From: a virus
Taxonomy: Duplodnaviria; Caudoviricetes
DNA length: 56,306 bases
Reading direction: 5' to 3' (one strand)
Virus record (IMG/VR): IMGVR_UViG_3300027985_000330
Location: 1-56,306 of that record
Positions within the stretch are counted from its first letter, which is position 1; every line of letters begins with the position of its first letter. This document shows, in pieces, positions 33,064 to 42,339 of this stretch. The notes beneath the pieces were generated by a model, which was given only the letters and a program-made list of their open reading frames with translations, ran no database searches and was not told the origin of the DNA. The translations under genes and the position numbers were made by a program.

Positions 33064-33318
33064 TTAAGCGTTCGGAGAAATAAATTTCACCCACTCCCAA
33101 TGCCCAAACGTGCAAATAGAATCTCGATAACCGTATCCATGGCATCCAAGATTTCGACTTTCGTTGCTATGCTTGCGTGCCGTCGTTGCGCTTATTTTTG
33201 TCCAAAGCACTCCAAATTCATTTTGGAATCGGTCGCCTTCGATCAAATCTCCAAAGGTCACCGAACAAGGCGCTGTATCCAATTCGGACACGTCCGCGTT
33301 TTGGTTGTCGTTACTCAT
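33064..33318 (-). CDS. Cassette A5 hypothetical protein
   Basis: Likely start MSNDNQ in attC loop; TFGDLIEGDRF motif. Confidence 0.6.
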   Translation of the reverse strand: MSNDNQNADVSELDTAPCSVTFGDLIEGDRFQNEFGVLWTKISATTARKHSNESRNLGCHGYGYRDSICTFGHWEWVKFISPNA

Positions 33319-33357
33319 AATTTTTGTCCTCATGGATAAGCTTTGCGTTGGACACAT

Positions 33358-33618
33358 TTACTTAGATTGTGGAAACCCTGACGCCATTGCGTTGACTGCA
33401 ATAGCCCACATTAAAAGGATTATCCCAGTTGCTATTACTTCAATGTCGGTTTCAAAGTGATAGTTCCAGCCAACATACATGGTTGTTTCAAGCCAGTATG
33501 GAATTGTTGATACGATGGTAATAATTCCGGCATATATTTTTGTCCAACAAATCTGTGGAGAGGAACACTCTACCTGCTCCTCGGTTTTCGTAGTATCTGT
33601 TTTCATTTTAGCTTTCAT
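33358..33618 (-). CDS. Cassette A6 two-TM membrane protein
   Basis: Start in attC loop; two hydrophobic segments. Confidence 0.6.
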   Translation of the reverse strand: MKAKMKTDTTKTEEQVECSSPQICWTKIYAGIITIVSTIPYWLETTMYVGWNYHFETDIEVIATGIILLMWAIAVNAMASGFPQSK

Positions 33619-33641
33619 TTTTCGTGTCCCTCACATCGGCG

Positions 33642-34055
33642 TTATGCATTTAATGGTTGTTTCGTTTTTGCATCAATCCAACCTTGCTTTATTCCGAAAT
33701 CTTCATCGAAATCGTAAGTTTCAAATTTATGCGAATCACTTCTGTTTACACAATGGCAAAAGACCATTTCGCAACTTCTCTTTGTTAACGGTCCAATCTG
33801 ACGGTCAACTTTTCTGGTTTCTTTGTTTACGAGTTGTATATAATAGTTCATATCGAGGTTAGCCAATGAAGAATCCCGTTTTAGCCCCCGCCTGCCCATT
33901 TCGTCGCAATACACGACTAAACCAGCAAAGCACGATGCCTGCCAGTCCGAACCAGCCTCGGCTTCCAGCAGATCGGCGTGGGCCTGCTCTGCACGTTGCA
34001 TTAGTTCGGAATCCGCGAGGGATGCGGTATATTTTTTGATGTCTCCGTAAGTCAT
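33642..34055 (-). CDS. Fused ORF spanning two cassettes (junction at 33858)
   Basis: GC-rich 5' half joined in frame at core GTTAGCC to AT-rich half with own Met (MNYYIQ). Confidence 0.55.
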   Translation of the reverse strand: MTYGDIKKYTASLADSELMQRAEQAHADLLEAEAGSDWQASCFAGLVVYCDEMGRRGLKRDSSLANLDMNYYIQLVNKETRKVDRQIGPLTKRSCEMVFCHCVNRSDSHKFETYDFDEDFGIKQGWIDAKTKQPLNA

Positions 34056-34134
34056 AGTAAAAAAGAGAGGCTAACAAAGCGATCTAGCCAATTCAGACCC
34101 CGCTCGCTTTGTGGTTGTTCGTATGTTTTCTGAT

Positions 34135-34251
34135 TTAGTCTTCATGGCTAATCTTATGGTTCTCAGATAAAACAGGCAAGCGCAAAAGCGCAGCAACCTT
34201 TGCTTTGCTACCGCGTTTCTTCCGTTCGCGCTTGTAGTCGGGTGGGGTCAT
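34135..34251 (-). pseudogene. Short, apparently internally deleted HTH-like ORF
   Basis: MTPPDYKRERKKRGSKAKVAALLRLPVLSEN...; resembles first two helices of small Xre-type HTH proteins. Confidence 0.35.
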
Positions 34252-34454
34252 GCAATCCAAGATTTTACCTGTTCTTTGGTTGCAAAAGTCACATGGCCAT
34301 TGTCGGTTGTGACTTCAAATTTTCCTGCTACCGCATCGACGCGACGAGCGCGAAATCCGTTTTCCATCATTGGGCGAACTGGGGTGTTTTTTAGTGCTTT
34401 GTTGATTTTGTTTTGAAGTGTTTTCATATTTTTATGGTTTTCCGTTGGGCTCAT
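34248..34454 (-). CDS. Cassette hypothetical protein with own promoter
   Basis: ATGA-coupled to downstream HTH-like ORF. Confidence 0.55.
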   Translation of the reverse strand: MSPTENHKNMKTLQNKINKALKNTPVRPMMENGFRARRVDAVAGKFEVTTDNGHVTFATKEQVKSWIA

Positions 34455-34467
34455 TCCCTTCGATGTT

Positions 34468-34523
34468 TTTAATATCGCACAATCTGCGATTTATTGCAAG
34501 CATTATTTTCGCATTTTGTGCGA
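34468..34523 (-). promoter_or_regulatory. Cassette-internal promoter with two palindromic operators
   Basis: TTGCAA-17-GATATT; TCGCA-N5-TGCGA at 34475-34489 and 34509-34523. Confidence 0.55.
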
Positions 34524-34605
34524 TTTTTTTTAACCAAACAAAATGGAATGAGAACAAACTGCTGGAGTGAATGCCGAGAAAGCTCGTCATCCACTCAGCT
34601 CACGG

Positions 34606-34752
34606 TTATATAAATAAACAATCACATTCACGCCATGATTCACGTTTTTTATTGACGATAATCTCAACGTATTTCCCACCGTTTAGTTCGTATTTTTCAA
34701 CGAATGTTGCAACTAGTTTTAGTTTCTTGTGCATTACTTGTTTTGTTTTCAT
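34606..34752 (-). CDS. Hypothetical protein at head of array A
   Basis: Start MKTKQ just after promoter; TAA stop formed by last GTTA core. Confidence 0.5.
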   Translation of the reverse strand: MKTKQVMHKKLKLVATFVEKYELNGGKYVEIIVNKKRESWRECDCLFI

Positions 34753-34805
34753 GGTTGTATAGTAGCGCAAACGTATTACGCACGTCAATACTTTTTTTAA
34801 AAAAA
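34753..34805 (-). promoter_or_regulatory. Sigma70-like promoter with T7A7 UP-like tract driving array A
   Basis: TTGACG-18-TACTAT; related motif at 19997, 28778, 29050, 52133. Confidence 0.6.
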
Positions 34806-36239
34806 TTACAGCACGCCGTAAAATTTACCGTCATCGACTAAATGCGCGAACCCTTGAGAGAGTGCATCTACTTGGTCTTTGTATTTGCTTGCCGGAAAGT
34901 ATTGCAATTCATCAATCAAAGCACGATTCCACGCACCCCTAACCATTTTTACATTTCCGTTATTGACTTGAGATGCTAACGGTCCAGCCCGATCCGCTTT
35001 ATTACCTGTAGGCAAATCTATGATAACTTCCCAACCCATTAGCATTCTGGCCGTAGCTTCCGCAACCTCGAGTCCGCTCGATCCGCCTTGCCTTTCTATT
35101 ATAATCGGAATATTTTTACCATCTGCAGTTGCTGTCTGTTTTATGATTGGTTCACGTTCCGAAAAATCCCATTGGCCCCTAACCATGTCTAAAAACCAAA
35201 TAACGCCGCGAGTATCAATGCCAATCTCACATCCAGCAGTATAACATCCCCTATCCTTTAAACCGGCCGTATCCCAAGATCGAATGGATCTAACTAGATT
35301 ATATGGACGTTCATCTTCTATCTGTATCCGAGCTGTTTTAAACATGCCACCTTCTCGCGGAATCGGTGTTTGCATGTATTGGCATGCATATCCGAACGAA
35401 CCAAGAATAGCTTTTTTTTCATCTAAAACCGAACGCGACAACCGAACAGGATCGAGCAATCCATCTTTATAAAATCTTTTGTATTTTGCAGGCTTTACAT
35501 TATCGCTTAATTCGGCCGGAAAGCACAAATGTTTTATTTTTCCGCCTAGTTCTAATTTTGATCCGGTTGGATCGTCTTGCGCAATTCGCTGCATAATTAA
35601 TGCCTCAACAGAAACTGCAGAATCTACTTTTCTTGATGGCAAAACTTCATTTTGGAAAAGATTAGCTTTGTATTTTTCGGCATCAGAATCACCGTCTAAT
35701 ACTTTTAGCGGATCATCTGGAATAATAAAATGCGCATGACTTCCGGTTGGATTTCCACCTGTAGAAAATGTTAATCTTTCGCCCCCAAGCGTGTTTCCAA
35801 ATGTTTGAACTCCATCATTGTCACGCCTTATTTCAATTTCTGAAAAAAGCTTTTTATATTTATCACTCTTGATAATATCTCGACATTTCCTTGAAAGACG
35901 TTCAGCCAATCTCGATTCGCAACTTGTGCAAATAATAACCGCATGCGGCATTCTTGTCCATATCCATGCAGGAAAGGCAATCGAGCAAATACTGCTCTTT
36001 GATGTAGATGGTGGAACATTAATAATTAAATCATATAGCTTCTCCTTCCCATCAAATACGCGCTCTGCAACCTTTTGAAGCTCATTACATAATACCTCAT
36101 GATGGAAATTAATAACAAGCTTTTCATGGTTATTTACTTCCCAAAATTCTTTGAAGAAAATCAGAAAAGAACTCCTACACGCTTCAGCAAGAAATATGTC
36201 TTCGTTAATCTGCATTAATTCCGTAGTCTTTCGGATCAC
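34806..36239 (-). CDS. terL: Terminase large subunit
   Basis: IINVPPSTSKS Walker A variant, IIPDDP, IMQRI, SWDTA, DQVDALSQ. Confidence 0.93.
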   Translation of the reverse strand: MIRKTTELMQINEDIFLAEACRSSFLIFFKEFWEVNNHEKLVINFHHEVLCNELQKVAERVFDGKEKLYDLIINVPPSTSKSSICSIAFPAWIWTRMPHAVIICTSCESRLAERLSRKCRDIIKSDKYKKLFSEIEIRRDNDGVQTFGNTLGGERLTFSTGGNPTGSHAHFIIPDDPLKVLDGDSDAEKYKANLFQNEVLPSRKVDSAVSVEALIMQRIAQDDPTGSKLELGGKIKHLCFPAELSDNVKPAKYKRFYKDGLLDPVRLSRSVLDEKKAILGSFGYACQYMQTPIPREGGMFKTARIQIEDERPYNLVRSIRSWDTAGLKDRGCYTAGCEIGIDTRGVIWFLDMVRGQWDFSEREPIIKQTATADGKNIPIIIERQGGSSGLEVAEATARMLMGWEVIIDLPTGNKADRAGPLASQVNNGNVKMVRGAWNRALIDELQYFPASKYKDQVDALSQGFAHLVDDGKFYGVL

Positions 36240-36672
36240 AACCGCGTTGCTTAATCATATATATATTATACGCCATGAAATCTTGATCGTCTTTATCGTT
36301 TTCCCAATGCATAAAACCGAAGCAACGCAACGTCCAATACATAATTTCAGATTGTGTCATGTTATGTCCGTCCTCACGCAATATATCCAGAAAATACTGA
36401 TCACATTGCGCTTGTGTATATTGATGCGTGTGGTATCCCCAATCGTGAGCGAATGCAGCCCGAATGATACGCGGATCAAATGGAGAACCAACCAATGCCC
36501 AAGCGAATGAAGGGATGCTAGCACCATCAGATTCGAATCCATCCGGAATGAATACTTCACCGAATCGAGTATCAACCAACAAATCGCGCTTGAGTTTTAC
36601 ACATTCGCGAATTTTTGCATAATGCGGATATAAGCATGGTTCATAAAGTGGAATATATATGTCTGTATTCAT
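36205..36672 (-). CDS. DUF1353 family protein
   Basis: IPDGFESDGASIP ... AAFAHDWGY. Confidence 0.85.
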   Translation of the reverse strand: MNTDIYIPLYEPCLYPHYAKIRECVKLKRDLLVDTRFGEVFIPDGFESDGASIPSFAWALVGSPFDPRIIRAAFAHDWGYHTHQYTQAQCDQYFLDILREDGHNMTQSEIMYWTLRCFGFMHWENDKDDQDFMAYNIYMIKQRGCDPKDYGINAD

Positions 36673-36690
36673 ATATTCTAAATATATATG

Positions 36691-36855
36691 CTAAAATTCA
36701 GATAATGCAATTTCTCGCTTTTTGTGCTTATGCAATCGGTTGTTACGACACAAATCACACGATCTATGATTGCGGCATGTCCGATCAAATGATTTCGATC
36801 CTCTATAATGATGACGATGTTCTTTTCCGCTTATGATTGCCTTTAGTAAACTCAT
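36691..36855 (-). CDS. Small Cys/His-rich basic protein (below ORF-track cutoff)
   Basis: MSLLKAIISGKEHR...DRTCRNHRSCDLCRNNR; ATGA-coupled to minor head gene. Confidence 0.6.
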   Translation of the reverse strand: MSLLKAIISGKEHRHHYRGSKSFDRTCRNHRSCDLCRNNRLHKHKKREIALSEF

Positions 36856-37715
36856 GTTCTAAATCGTTTTCCTTCAATCACAGGTTTCCACGCGCAACGG
36901 CAACTGACGTGCTTAGGTATTTCTTCGTATGCATATTTCACTTCGAAAATCACACCCTCTAATGCAGCACATTGCGAACATACACGATCGTCTCCTGCTG
37001 TAGAAAATTCAACCATAGCCTCTACTTCATCTATGCCTAATCGTTCTAATGATGACAACTGCCCATATGCGTGCGAACGTATCGTCTCTGTTCGTGCTAT
37101 CGCAAATGCTCGCTTATTCGTCAATACGTCAATGCGCTCCAGCATTTGTTTAGCCGCTTCTGCTGGCCCTTGTCCATTCGCAATTGCGATTGCGAGTATT
37201 CGCCCCATCTCGTTAGACATTGCATCTGTAACGCCTTCCAGTGCATCATACGCTCGCGTATAGAGTAGCCCTAGCTTATCTACCGTCTCTTTTGATGAAA
37301 ATGCTTCAGACATCCATTGCGCTTTTTTTCCGGCAAAGAAATTATCATCATCGAGCAATCCCGCTTTATTTACATCGTAATAACTGCGTTCGTATCCTTT
37401 ACGATATGCGCTTTCTATATACGTATTCTGCCACGGATTTCCGGTGCTGTCGGTCGTTAAAATACCTGCGTCAATTTGTTCCTGAAGCCATTCTTTGAAC
37501 TTCGCAATTTTTTCGGTTGATGATAAAAATGCGAATTCACGATAACGGTTAAATATATTTGGACGCACTTCTTCTTTTAGCCCGAATGCATCATCTTTGC
37601 CTACGAGTTGATTTATCTGGCGTTTCATCCATGAAAAGCGTTGCTTCATGTCATTAAGATAACGCCGTCTAAGCGTGAGCGTTTTTGATGGATCTACTTG
37701 GTATGTGGTTGCCAT
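36852..37715 (-). CDS. Minor head morphogenesis protein (SPP1 gp7 / Mu gpF-like)
   Basis: IARTET, TAGDDRVC..C, PKHVSCRC. Confidence 0.9.
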   Translation of the reverse strand: MATTYQVDPSKTLTLRRRYLNDMKQRFSWMKRQINQLVGKDDAFGLKEEVRPNIFNRYREFAFLSSTEKIAKFKEWLQEQIDAGILTTDSTGNPWQNTYIESAYRKGYERSYYDVNKAGLLDDDNFFAGKKAQWMSEAFSSKETVDKLGLLYTRAYDALEGVTDAMSNEMGRILAIAIANGQGPAEAAKQMLERIDVLTNKRAFAIARTETIRSHAYGQLSSLERLGIDEVEAMVEFSTAGDDRVCSQCAALEGVIFEVKYAYEEIPKHVSCRCAWKPVIEGKRFRT

Positions 37716-37996
37716 GATTGAAATAAAACATAGCGCACTTGCTAATCATCCATTCACAAATGCGCCATGTAATCTACATAATATATATTGAAAAATTAAT
37801 CTTTTAGTTCATTTAACTGCGAAATTAGAAAATCAACCGAACCTCTACCTCTTGAAATAGAAACGCTTTTTGAATAAATCAGCGAATCTTCGCTTGCGTC
37901 TCCATCATATGCATTTTCAATGATAATGATTTGATTACCATCATCACTTAGTTTTACTTGAACTGTTTTTGTATCGTATGTTACTTTATTCATAGC

Positions 37997-39211
37997 TTAT
38001 TCCTTTTTCTTGTAATCTAAAAAATAATCTGTATGCGCAATCTCGTTTGTCCACTTCGGAACAATCTGAATTGAATATCCGCTATAGCTATCTCCAAAGT
38101 TATGCTGAACCCACGCGCTAGGCGGTGCGAAACTCATAAAGTTTCTATAATCAAACCGCTTCGTCCGCTCGTATCCAACTTGATGCAAATCACCTTTATG
38201 AACATGCACGAATTTTGAATCAATTCCATAATGTTCAATATAATCCCATATGAAATTCTTTGCCGCATCAGTAAGCTTAAACGGTAATCCACGATTCTGA
38301 AACTTGGCATCCTTTCCATGTGTCAATACAAAGCAATGATTTCCGTAAACGCGATGCTCTACAAAACGTTTAATTGTATCTATCTCAACAATAGATGAAT
38401 CATAAAGCATGTTTATAATCTTCTGAACGGCACTATTCACAATCAATGCAAATTGATGAGAATGATTTGCATTAGTAACCGTCCGAAGCATAATCTTATT
38501 TGCAATTCTCGCGTCAACGCACGAGCGCACAAGCTTTACCTTATTATCTACACAACACTCAAACATTTCAAGCTCTGTCATATTTTGTTCAAGCGAATGA
38601 TTTCCGCGAGTTGTAAGTCCATTCCATCCGTCTTGTGTATCGCCCAAATCATCCAGCAAAAGCAAATCAAATGTTCCATATTGTCGATGCTCTTTTTCGA
38701 TTGATCCGAATACCTTTTGCATGGATTCTCCGTAGACTTGTGCATTATATTCATACGCGAAAATTGAATCTATTGGCAACGGATCAAGCCCAACGTGCTC
38801 ATCGCTTGTTACCGCAACGCAAGCCATTGGATCACTAATCTTTATCGGCTCAAATAAGATAGGATCATCTACTGGATATTTTCGAATGATCTTTTCAAAT
38901 GCATCAAGGTAATCAATAGCGTTTGTTTTATCAAGCTTCGTATAGACGGACATCTCTTTTGATTTCGTCCAATAGCTTGATACCTCTGAAATGTTGATTC
39001 CTTTTTCTTTACAAAACGCCCTTAACACCTCATGATTAACTCCTTCAAGAACCTGATTGCTATTTTCAATTCGCTTTCCCTCTATAAATGCTTTCACCCA
39101 CATTCTACAGGTCATTTCGCTTATATTGAATCTTTCTGAAATTTGCCTTCTACCTAATCCGCTTTCCATTGCGGCGTAAATCTCATCAGGTATTTCTACG
39201 GTTACTTGCAT
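37997..39211 (-). CDS. Metallophosphoesterase/nuclease-like protein with N-terminal HTH
   Basis: SDEHVG, LGD, ANHS, THG, GDLH. Confidence 0.7.
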   Translation of the reverse strand: MQVTVEIPDEIYAAMESGLGRRQISERFNISEMTCRMWVKAFIEGKRIENSNQVLEGVNHEVLRAFCKEKGINISEVSSYWTKSKEMSVYTKLDKTNAIDYLDAFEKIIRKYPVDDPILFEPIKISDPMACVAVTSDEHVGLDPLPIDSIFAYEYNAQVYGESMQKVFGSIEKEHRQYGTFDLLLLDDLGDTQDGWNGLTTRGNHSLEQNMTELEMFECCVDNKVKLVRSCVDARIANKIMLRTVTNANHSHQFALIVNSAVQKIINMLYDSSIVEIDTIKRFVEHRVYGNHCFVLTHGKDAKFQNRGLPFKLTDAAKNFIWDYIEHYGIDSKFVHVHKGDLHQVGYERTKRFDYRNFMSFAPPSAWVQHNFGDSYSGYSIQIVPKWTNEIAHTDYFLDYKKKE

Positions 39212-39390
39212 CGTTTTTGCTGTTTGTGTTGACGTTGAAAACCATACTCGCGATTTTCATATTCTTCTACCAAATTCATCAGGTATTCCCGATATTGCGC
39301 ATCTTCACTTGTAGATTCGAACTCATCTAAGTCGTAAATGATCTCCAATGCAATAGCGCAATCGTGATCGTTTCTAATTCTAGTAATCAT
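39202..39390 (-). CDS. Small protein resembling the N-terminal domain of HigA-type antitoxins
   Basis: IRND.D...AL.II.DL ... YLMNLVEEYENREY; lacks HTH. Confidence 0.4.
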   Translation of the reverse strand: MITRIRNDHDCAIALEIIYDLDEFESTSEDAQYREYLMNLVEEYENREYGFQRQHKQQKRCK

Positions 39391-39474
39391 TTAATTTCAA
39401 AGTTTAACAAATGATATTCTTTTGTCAATAATATGAAACTAAAATGAATCTCAATGCAAGCTTTTTATTTTAAA

Positions 39475-40320
39475 TCAGCGATATTCCCTTGTATTTTTCA
39501 CAAGAATTATATCAAATCCAGCAAAAACATCAATATCATTTGTAGATGCTGTAGAAACATGAATCCATATGTCTGTTTTTTCAGGAATCCTAATCGGTAT
39601 CATTCCGCCAGATGGAACGGAAATGAATTCCGCAATCTTATCATTTGAAATGCCTCTTACCGTTAAGGTTCTAACGCCTTCATTTGGTGAATGGATTTTC
39701 AGCTCGGATACGATTGCTATATTTAAAACCCGACCCGAATCACAATAAGCTCTAGTCACAAATCCGGTATAGCCATTAGGTATTGTGTATATTGCCTGTA
39801 GTGTTTGTCCATATCCGGCTAAAATCTGAGCACAAACCGCACCACCGCCAGCGACTCTTATGTTTATATTGCCCTGATTTATATCGGTAGATCCACATTG
39901 CGTATTGTATGCCCTATATATTCGGATATATGTTTTAGACAATGCAACAGCATTCGTCCCGTCCATCTCAATATCTTCTTGCGACAAATCCCAATTTGAA
40001 TCCAATCCAAAGACCCTGATTTTTTGTGCTCCAGTTCCAACCAAATCATCTAATGCCGAGCTGGATACTACTTCCAAAGATTGAGCAGTATCGAAAAATC
40101 CAGTATAATTTCCGCCATTTGACCAAACATCCTCATTTCCAGAATTATCAATATCGAAATTTGCACCAAATTTCGAAACGTATTTTACATCATCTCCAAA
40201 GGCTCCTCCAGAAATAGCGATACCTAAATCTGAATTTATATCATATCCATTTTTGATATAGTTAGGATCTGCAAATAAATTCATAGAGAAAAATATGATC
40301 AATATACAGGAATTTTTCAT
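39475..40320 (-). CDS. Hypothetical beta-rich protein with signal-like N-terminus
   Basis: KFGAN.DID, GTGAQKIRVFGLD, AIYTIPNGYTG. Confidence 0.5.
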   Translation of the reverse strand: MKNSCILIIFFSMNLFADPNYIKNGYDINSDLGIAISGGAFGDDVKYVSKFGANFDIDNSGNEDVWSNGGNYTGFFDTAQSLEVVSSSALDDLVGTGAQKIRVFGLDSNWDLSQEDIEMDGTNAVALSKTYIRIYRAYNTQCGSTDINQGNINIRVAGGGAVCAQILAGYGQTLQAIYTIPNGYTGFVTRAYCDSGRVLNIAIVSELKIHSPNEGVRTLTVRGISNDKIAEFISVPSGGMIPIRIPEKTDIWIHVSTASTNDIDVFAGFDIILVKNTREYR

Positions 40321-40502
40321 AGCTTTAAGATTTCACGGTTATCCAAGATAGTTGACGATTAACAATGCGTTGAGCTGCGTCCCTCGCTTCTTTCTCGCGT
40401 TCCGGCATTGCACAATCAATCATCGTTCGCAAGTCATTATTGTTATCGGATATATCATCCATAGCTGATCCAATGTCAGCACCTATCCGAACGCGCAAAT
40501 CC

Positions 40503-42011
40503 TCATTGCGCTGATTGATCAACTGAACCAGTATCATTTCCGTCTTGTGTTAAAGCTTGTTCGTCTCCAGAATAAGCTTTTTGGTTTTTATCAGCATTTT
40601 CAATAATTTGCTGTATTAATTCGTCGTCGAATCCCCAAATTATAGAATAATAATCCTCACGCGTCATTATTGATTCAAGGTTGCTCTGTGTATACAGTGC
40701 AAGTGCTTTTGTTTTCTTTTCAGCACTTTCCGCCAGTTCTTCGGGTGTGAGTTTATTAAGATCTGGAAACTCAACAGAGAACTTCTCAACGCGCGGCAAT
40801 ACACCATAATCCATCAATCTATTGATTACCGGACGAATAATTTTTGGAATAATGTATTTCGTTTGACGGCGCATCAATCGCTTGTTCCATGCTTTTTTAT
40901 CTTCCGCACTCGCATATTTCGCTTCTTCGCTACCCAAGAAAATTCTCCACGGAACTTCTAACGCTATACATATTGCCTGTAATTGTATTGCAATGTGTGG
41001 AGTTGGATCGTTGATTGTTCCTGCTACCGTTTTAACGCTTCCGGTTCCGACCATGTATTTTTGCAATGATTCCGACAAACGTTCGAGTTGTTCCTTGATT
41101 GCTCCCTTCAGCGTTTCACTTGCGTTAATCTTTGCTGCCGCTTCCGGAGACATTTCGAAAATCAGCGATGGAAATGCATTCTTCCAATATCCTTCAGCCG
41201 ATGCACCATAGATTTTTCTCAGATTATACACATTGTTATAAACAGGCTTTAACTCTGGAGTTCCTTTTGTGTCGCTATCCAAGCAATTATCCGCTAAATG
41301 ATGGCAACGCGTCCAGTGAAACTTCATCGTCTTTGTTTCGAGTGGATTCGTTGTTGTAGCTTCAGATAAGTAATCTTTATATGTAACAGAATAAATGACA
41401 GGCTTTCCAAATCGTGGGCTATTCGTTCTTGTCTCCCATCGGTCAATCGTGATTGACGGTTCAGAATATGCACGGATATATAGCAATGAATGCGATAGAT
41501 TCTCGTTCCACTTCTCAGATGCTTCATCATATCCTTCAACCGGTAAAGAAGTATCTATATTGTTTGCATCATTCAATCCGAAAACGATTATTCCATAATG
41601 TCCAATCTTCGACAGAATATCAGCACGAAGCATCATTTCATAAAGCGAATGCTCATCATTGAGTATTTCTATGCCTCTTTCAAATTCTGTTTGCTGGCTT
41701 ACGTCTTCTGTTTCGTAAATCCATGGATCATCAGCCCAGCTTTCCTCCGGTAATAGCGATACAATTCGCGCTCCAATAGCCTCACGATCAAAAATTTCTT
41801 TATATTGTGATAGTGTTATTTGAGATGGATAATTACACTCGTTATTAATATCCTTTTTTCCATCAACTGAACCCGTAAAACGATCAAACAATGTTCGAAT
41901 CGCATTAGATACAGAATGATAATGATTCATCGCAAACATTTCAACATTCGAAATAGCATTCGATACATGCGCTAAAACCGTTTTTTCTTCTGCTTTATTA
42001 TCTCCCGACAT
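40503..42011 (-). CDS. Portal protein (DUF1073-like)
   Basis: SPRFGKPVIY, FHWTRCHH, GASAEGYWKNA, VPWRIFLGSE...ASAED. Confidence 0.88.
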   Translation of the reverse strand: MSGDNKAEEKTVLAHVSNAISNVEMFAMNHYHSVSNAIRTLFDRFTGSVDGKKDINNECNYPSQITLSQYKEIFDREAIGARIVSLLPEESWADDPWIYETEDVSQQTEFERGIEILNDEHSLYEMMLRADILSKIGHYGIIVFGLNDANNIDTSLPVEGYDEASEKWNENLSHSLLYIRAYSEPSITIDRWETRTNSPRFGKPVIYSVTYKDYLSEATTTNPLETKTMKFHWTRCHHLADNCLDSDTKGTPELKPVYNNVYNLRKIYGASAEGYWKNAFPSLIFEMSPEAAAKINASETLKGAIKEQLERLSESLQKYMVGTGSVKTVAGTINDPTPHIAIQLQAICIALEVPWRIFLGSEEAKYASAEDKKAWNKRLMRRQTKYIIPKIIRPVINRLMDYGVLPRVEKFSVEFPDLNKLTPEELAESAEKKTKALALYTQSNLESIMTREDYYSIIWGFDDELIQQIIENADKNQKAYSGDEQALTQDGNDTGSVDQSAQ

Positions 42012-42012
42012 G

Positions 42013-42339
42013 TTATTTTAAAGATTCCTGTTTAATTCGTTCGCGCTCAATGTCATTAATTTTACCATAAACCGAAGTCGCAATTTCATCTAGCGTTATA
42101 ACATTTTCATCGATTAAAATGTTTTTTGATAGGTCTTCGATTCCGTTTAAATATGCGAACATTGCATATTCAGAAAAGCTTTTTTGAATATCTTCGAGTC
42201 TGTCCTTATCAACAACAAGTCGATACGTTCCAATTTGAGTATCGCTATCCAAATAGAGCACACCTGAATAGACAGGTGCACTCTTGTAAGAACAGGATGA
42301 TAATAACAATAGACAGACTATGAAAAAAGCTTGTCGCAT
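42013..42339 (-). CDS. Small lipoprotein
   Basis: Lipobox LLSSC. Confidence 0.5.
   Translation of the reverse strand: MRQAFFIVCLLLLSSCSYKSAPVYSGVLYLDSDTQIGTYRLVVDKDRLEDIQKSFSEYAMFAYLNGIEDLSKNILIDENVITLDEIATSVYGKINDIERERIKQESLK

Larger units (their letters stand above)
31749..34611 (+). mobile_element. Cassette array A: cluster of 9 attC-like sites, no integrase (CALIN-like)
   Basis: Sites at 31749-31807, 31997-32111, 32369-32436, 32704-32798, 33009-33076, 33260-33353, 33542-33647, 34069-34165, 34549-34611; each AAC-N5/6-inverted repeat with extra bases on left arm-N5/6-GTT. Confidence 0.88.

Noticed and set aside
40503-42011. Anti-CBASS Acb1 label sometimes attached to DUF1073 proteins
   Set aside because: Size, motifs and context fit a portal; no separate 2H-phosphodiesterase domain evident
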